Source: a virus
Strand: one strand, 5' to 3'
Length of the DNA stretch: 64,000 bases
Virus record (IMG/VR): IMGVR_UViG_3300045141_000199
Coordinates: 25,774 to 89,773 of that record
Shown here: positions 63,128-64,000 of the stretch, one piece after another
Position numbering within the stretch: the first letter of the stretch is position 1
Layout of the letters: every line of letters begins with the position of its first letter
Position numbers and translations under genes: made by a program
The notes under the pieces: model-generated
The model's input: only the letters and a program-made list of their open reading frames with translations
Databases searched by the model: none
What the model was told of the DNA's origin: nothing

Positions 63128-63511
63128 TTACTTGACCCTTTCCCGGGCAATCTGCTCGGAAGTGTCTGCAAGTTTTTGCTTGCGGGCACGAATATGCGCC
63201 ATTTGGCATTCATACTCAGCATCGGTAAGGGCGCCGTCCGATAGACCGTTCTCTATTCCGCCTTCCTCGTAACAGTCCGAACATTGACCCTCGCAGCCGA
63301 CGCTATCCCGGTCATACTCAGTGACCGGGAGGTTACGGCCGCAATACGGACATACGTAGGACAGCGCCCTGCATGCCTGCCATAGCTCGGCGCCCGTGAA
63401 CGGCGCCCGGCCGATTAGCTCTATCTGCGCGCCACTTGGTGTCATGGCCATAGTCAACGCTTCGTTGTGGTCCATGTTGCGGGCACAGGAAAACGCGATT
63501 TGGTTAAGCAT
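63128..63511 (-). CDS. Zn-finger-containing hypothetical protein (cassette gene)
   Basis: 'CPYCG...CSDCY'; bounded by elements 11 and 10. Confidence 0.65.
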   Translation of the reverse strand: MLNQIAFSCARNMDHNEALTMAMTPSGAQIELIGRAPFTGAELWQACRALSYVCPYCGRNLPVTEYDRDSVGCEGQCSDCYEEGGIENGLSDGALTDAEYECQMAHIRARKQKLADTSEQIARERVK

Positions 63512-63513
63512 TG

Positions 63514-63567
63514 CTCACCCTTTCTGTTTGGTTACTGCCATGCACTGCCTAGGGATCGAACCTAGCA
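63514..63567 (-). repeat. T-loop minihelix/RBS element, copy 11 (short stem)
   Basis: Minus strand: TGCTAGG-TTCGATC-CCTAGGCAGTGC...AACCAAACAGAAAGGGTGAG. Confidence 0.85.
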
Positions 63568-63975
63568 TCACTCCCGATGGCGCCCGACTGCGCGCGCAGT
63601 ACGTATGAAAGGTATGAGTGAGATTTCCGCTTGGACTGGCCCTGTGCGCCCTTCTCTTCTATGTCCGCGCACCTTGACCCCTTGGTCGGCGGGTGATTCG
63701 TGCTGCTCACCCTTGCGACGGTCGGTCTATGGACTCCATCGCTGCCATGCAGCCTACCACGGATTTGACCCGTTCTCGGGCCAATTATCGCTATTTGCGG
63801 GAAATCTTTCGTGATCCGCGCTAAGGCCCCGTAATCGGGCGCTAAGCGCATCGGACTGCCTAGCGCTACCCATAGAGCGCCCGGCCATCGATGGCGGTTA
63901 GCGGCCGTTCTATGGCGCTCTAATGCGATGCCCGGCCGATGGTGCCTACGTTGCCAGGGTGCCCGGGCCAGATAT

Positions 63976-63996
63976 TAGTCACTGTTACAGTGACTA
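63976..63996. promoter_or_regulatory. perfect 21-bp dyad (operator-like)
   Basis: TAGTCACTGT-T-ACAGTGACTA. Confidence 0.4.
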
Positions 63997-64000
63997 TTAC

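Noticed and set aside
58588-63567. tRNA gene cluster (GGTTCGATCCC motifs)
   Set aside because: Only the T-loop hairpin is present. There is no D or anticodon arm, the 5' strand pairs continuously as a single helix, and upstream sequence is coding.
60088-63567. CRISPR array
   Set aside because: Spacers range from ~30 to ~540 nt and are ORFs with an RBS; repeats vary; no cas genes are visible.
60088-63567. Intrinsic terminators
   Set aside because: No U-tract follows the helix on the coding strand in most copies, and the conserved T-loop and helix length are not needed for termination. Partial termination is not excluded.
63549-63851. 100-aa minus ORF and overlapping plus ORFs
   Set aside because: No RBS, atypical composition, and it runs into element 11.
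1-64000. Integrase/repressor lysogeny module, reverse transcriptase/DGR, introns or inteins
   Set aside because: No tyrosine/serine recombinase, RT (YxDD) or intein motifs were recognised; PolA, TerL and the helicases are uninterrupted and of normal size.

Overview
The window is about 64 kb of a tailed dsDNA phage genome with a siphovirus-type tail module. The host is probably an actinobacterium, inferred from leaderless-type promoters and minor tail and RuvC types. The + strand (1-17.35 kb) carries head-tail adaptor/neck, tail terminator, major tail, tail assembly chaperone (apparent +1 frameshift), a 2071-aa tape measure with transglycosylase and M15 peptidase domains, an expanded Dit, a minor tail protein, two lysins and a holin. 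After a bidirectional terminator at about 17.4 kb nearly everything lies on the - strand: terminase, Pth2, RuvC-like resolvase, PolA, dNMP kinase, RecA-like helicase, AEP primase, SSB-like protein, SNF2 helicase, MazG-like, HNH/GIY-YIG nucleases, Fic and many small unknown genes. A small + strand membrane-protein island interrupts this arm at 36.9-38.3 kb. The most striking feature is at 58.6-63.6 kb. Eleven intergenic elements each consist of a helix (11-12 bp in ten copies) capped by a tRNA T-loop (GG-TTCGAT[C/T]-CC), i.e. a tRNA acceptor/T-arm minihelix mimic. Most sit right after a stop codon, and all are fused to a conserved ribosome-binding block (consensus ACCAAACAGAAAGGGTGAGA) before the next start. 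They punctuate the putative early region into gene cassettes, one of which is an 8-codon minigene. No integrase, portal, capsid, true tRNA or CRISPR array was recognised. All family calls come from motif recognition by eye, not database searches.
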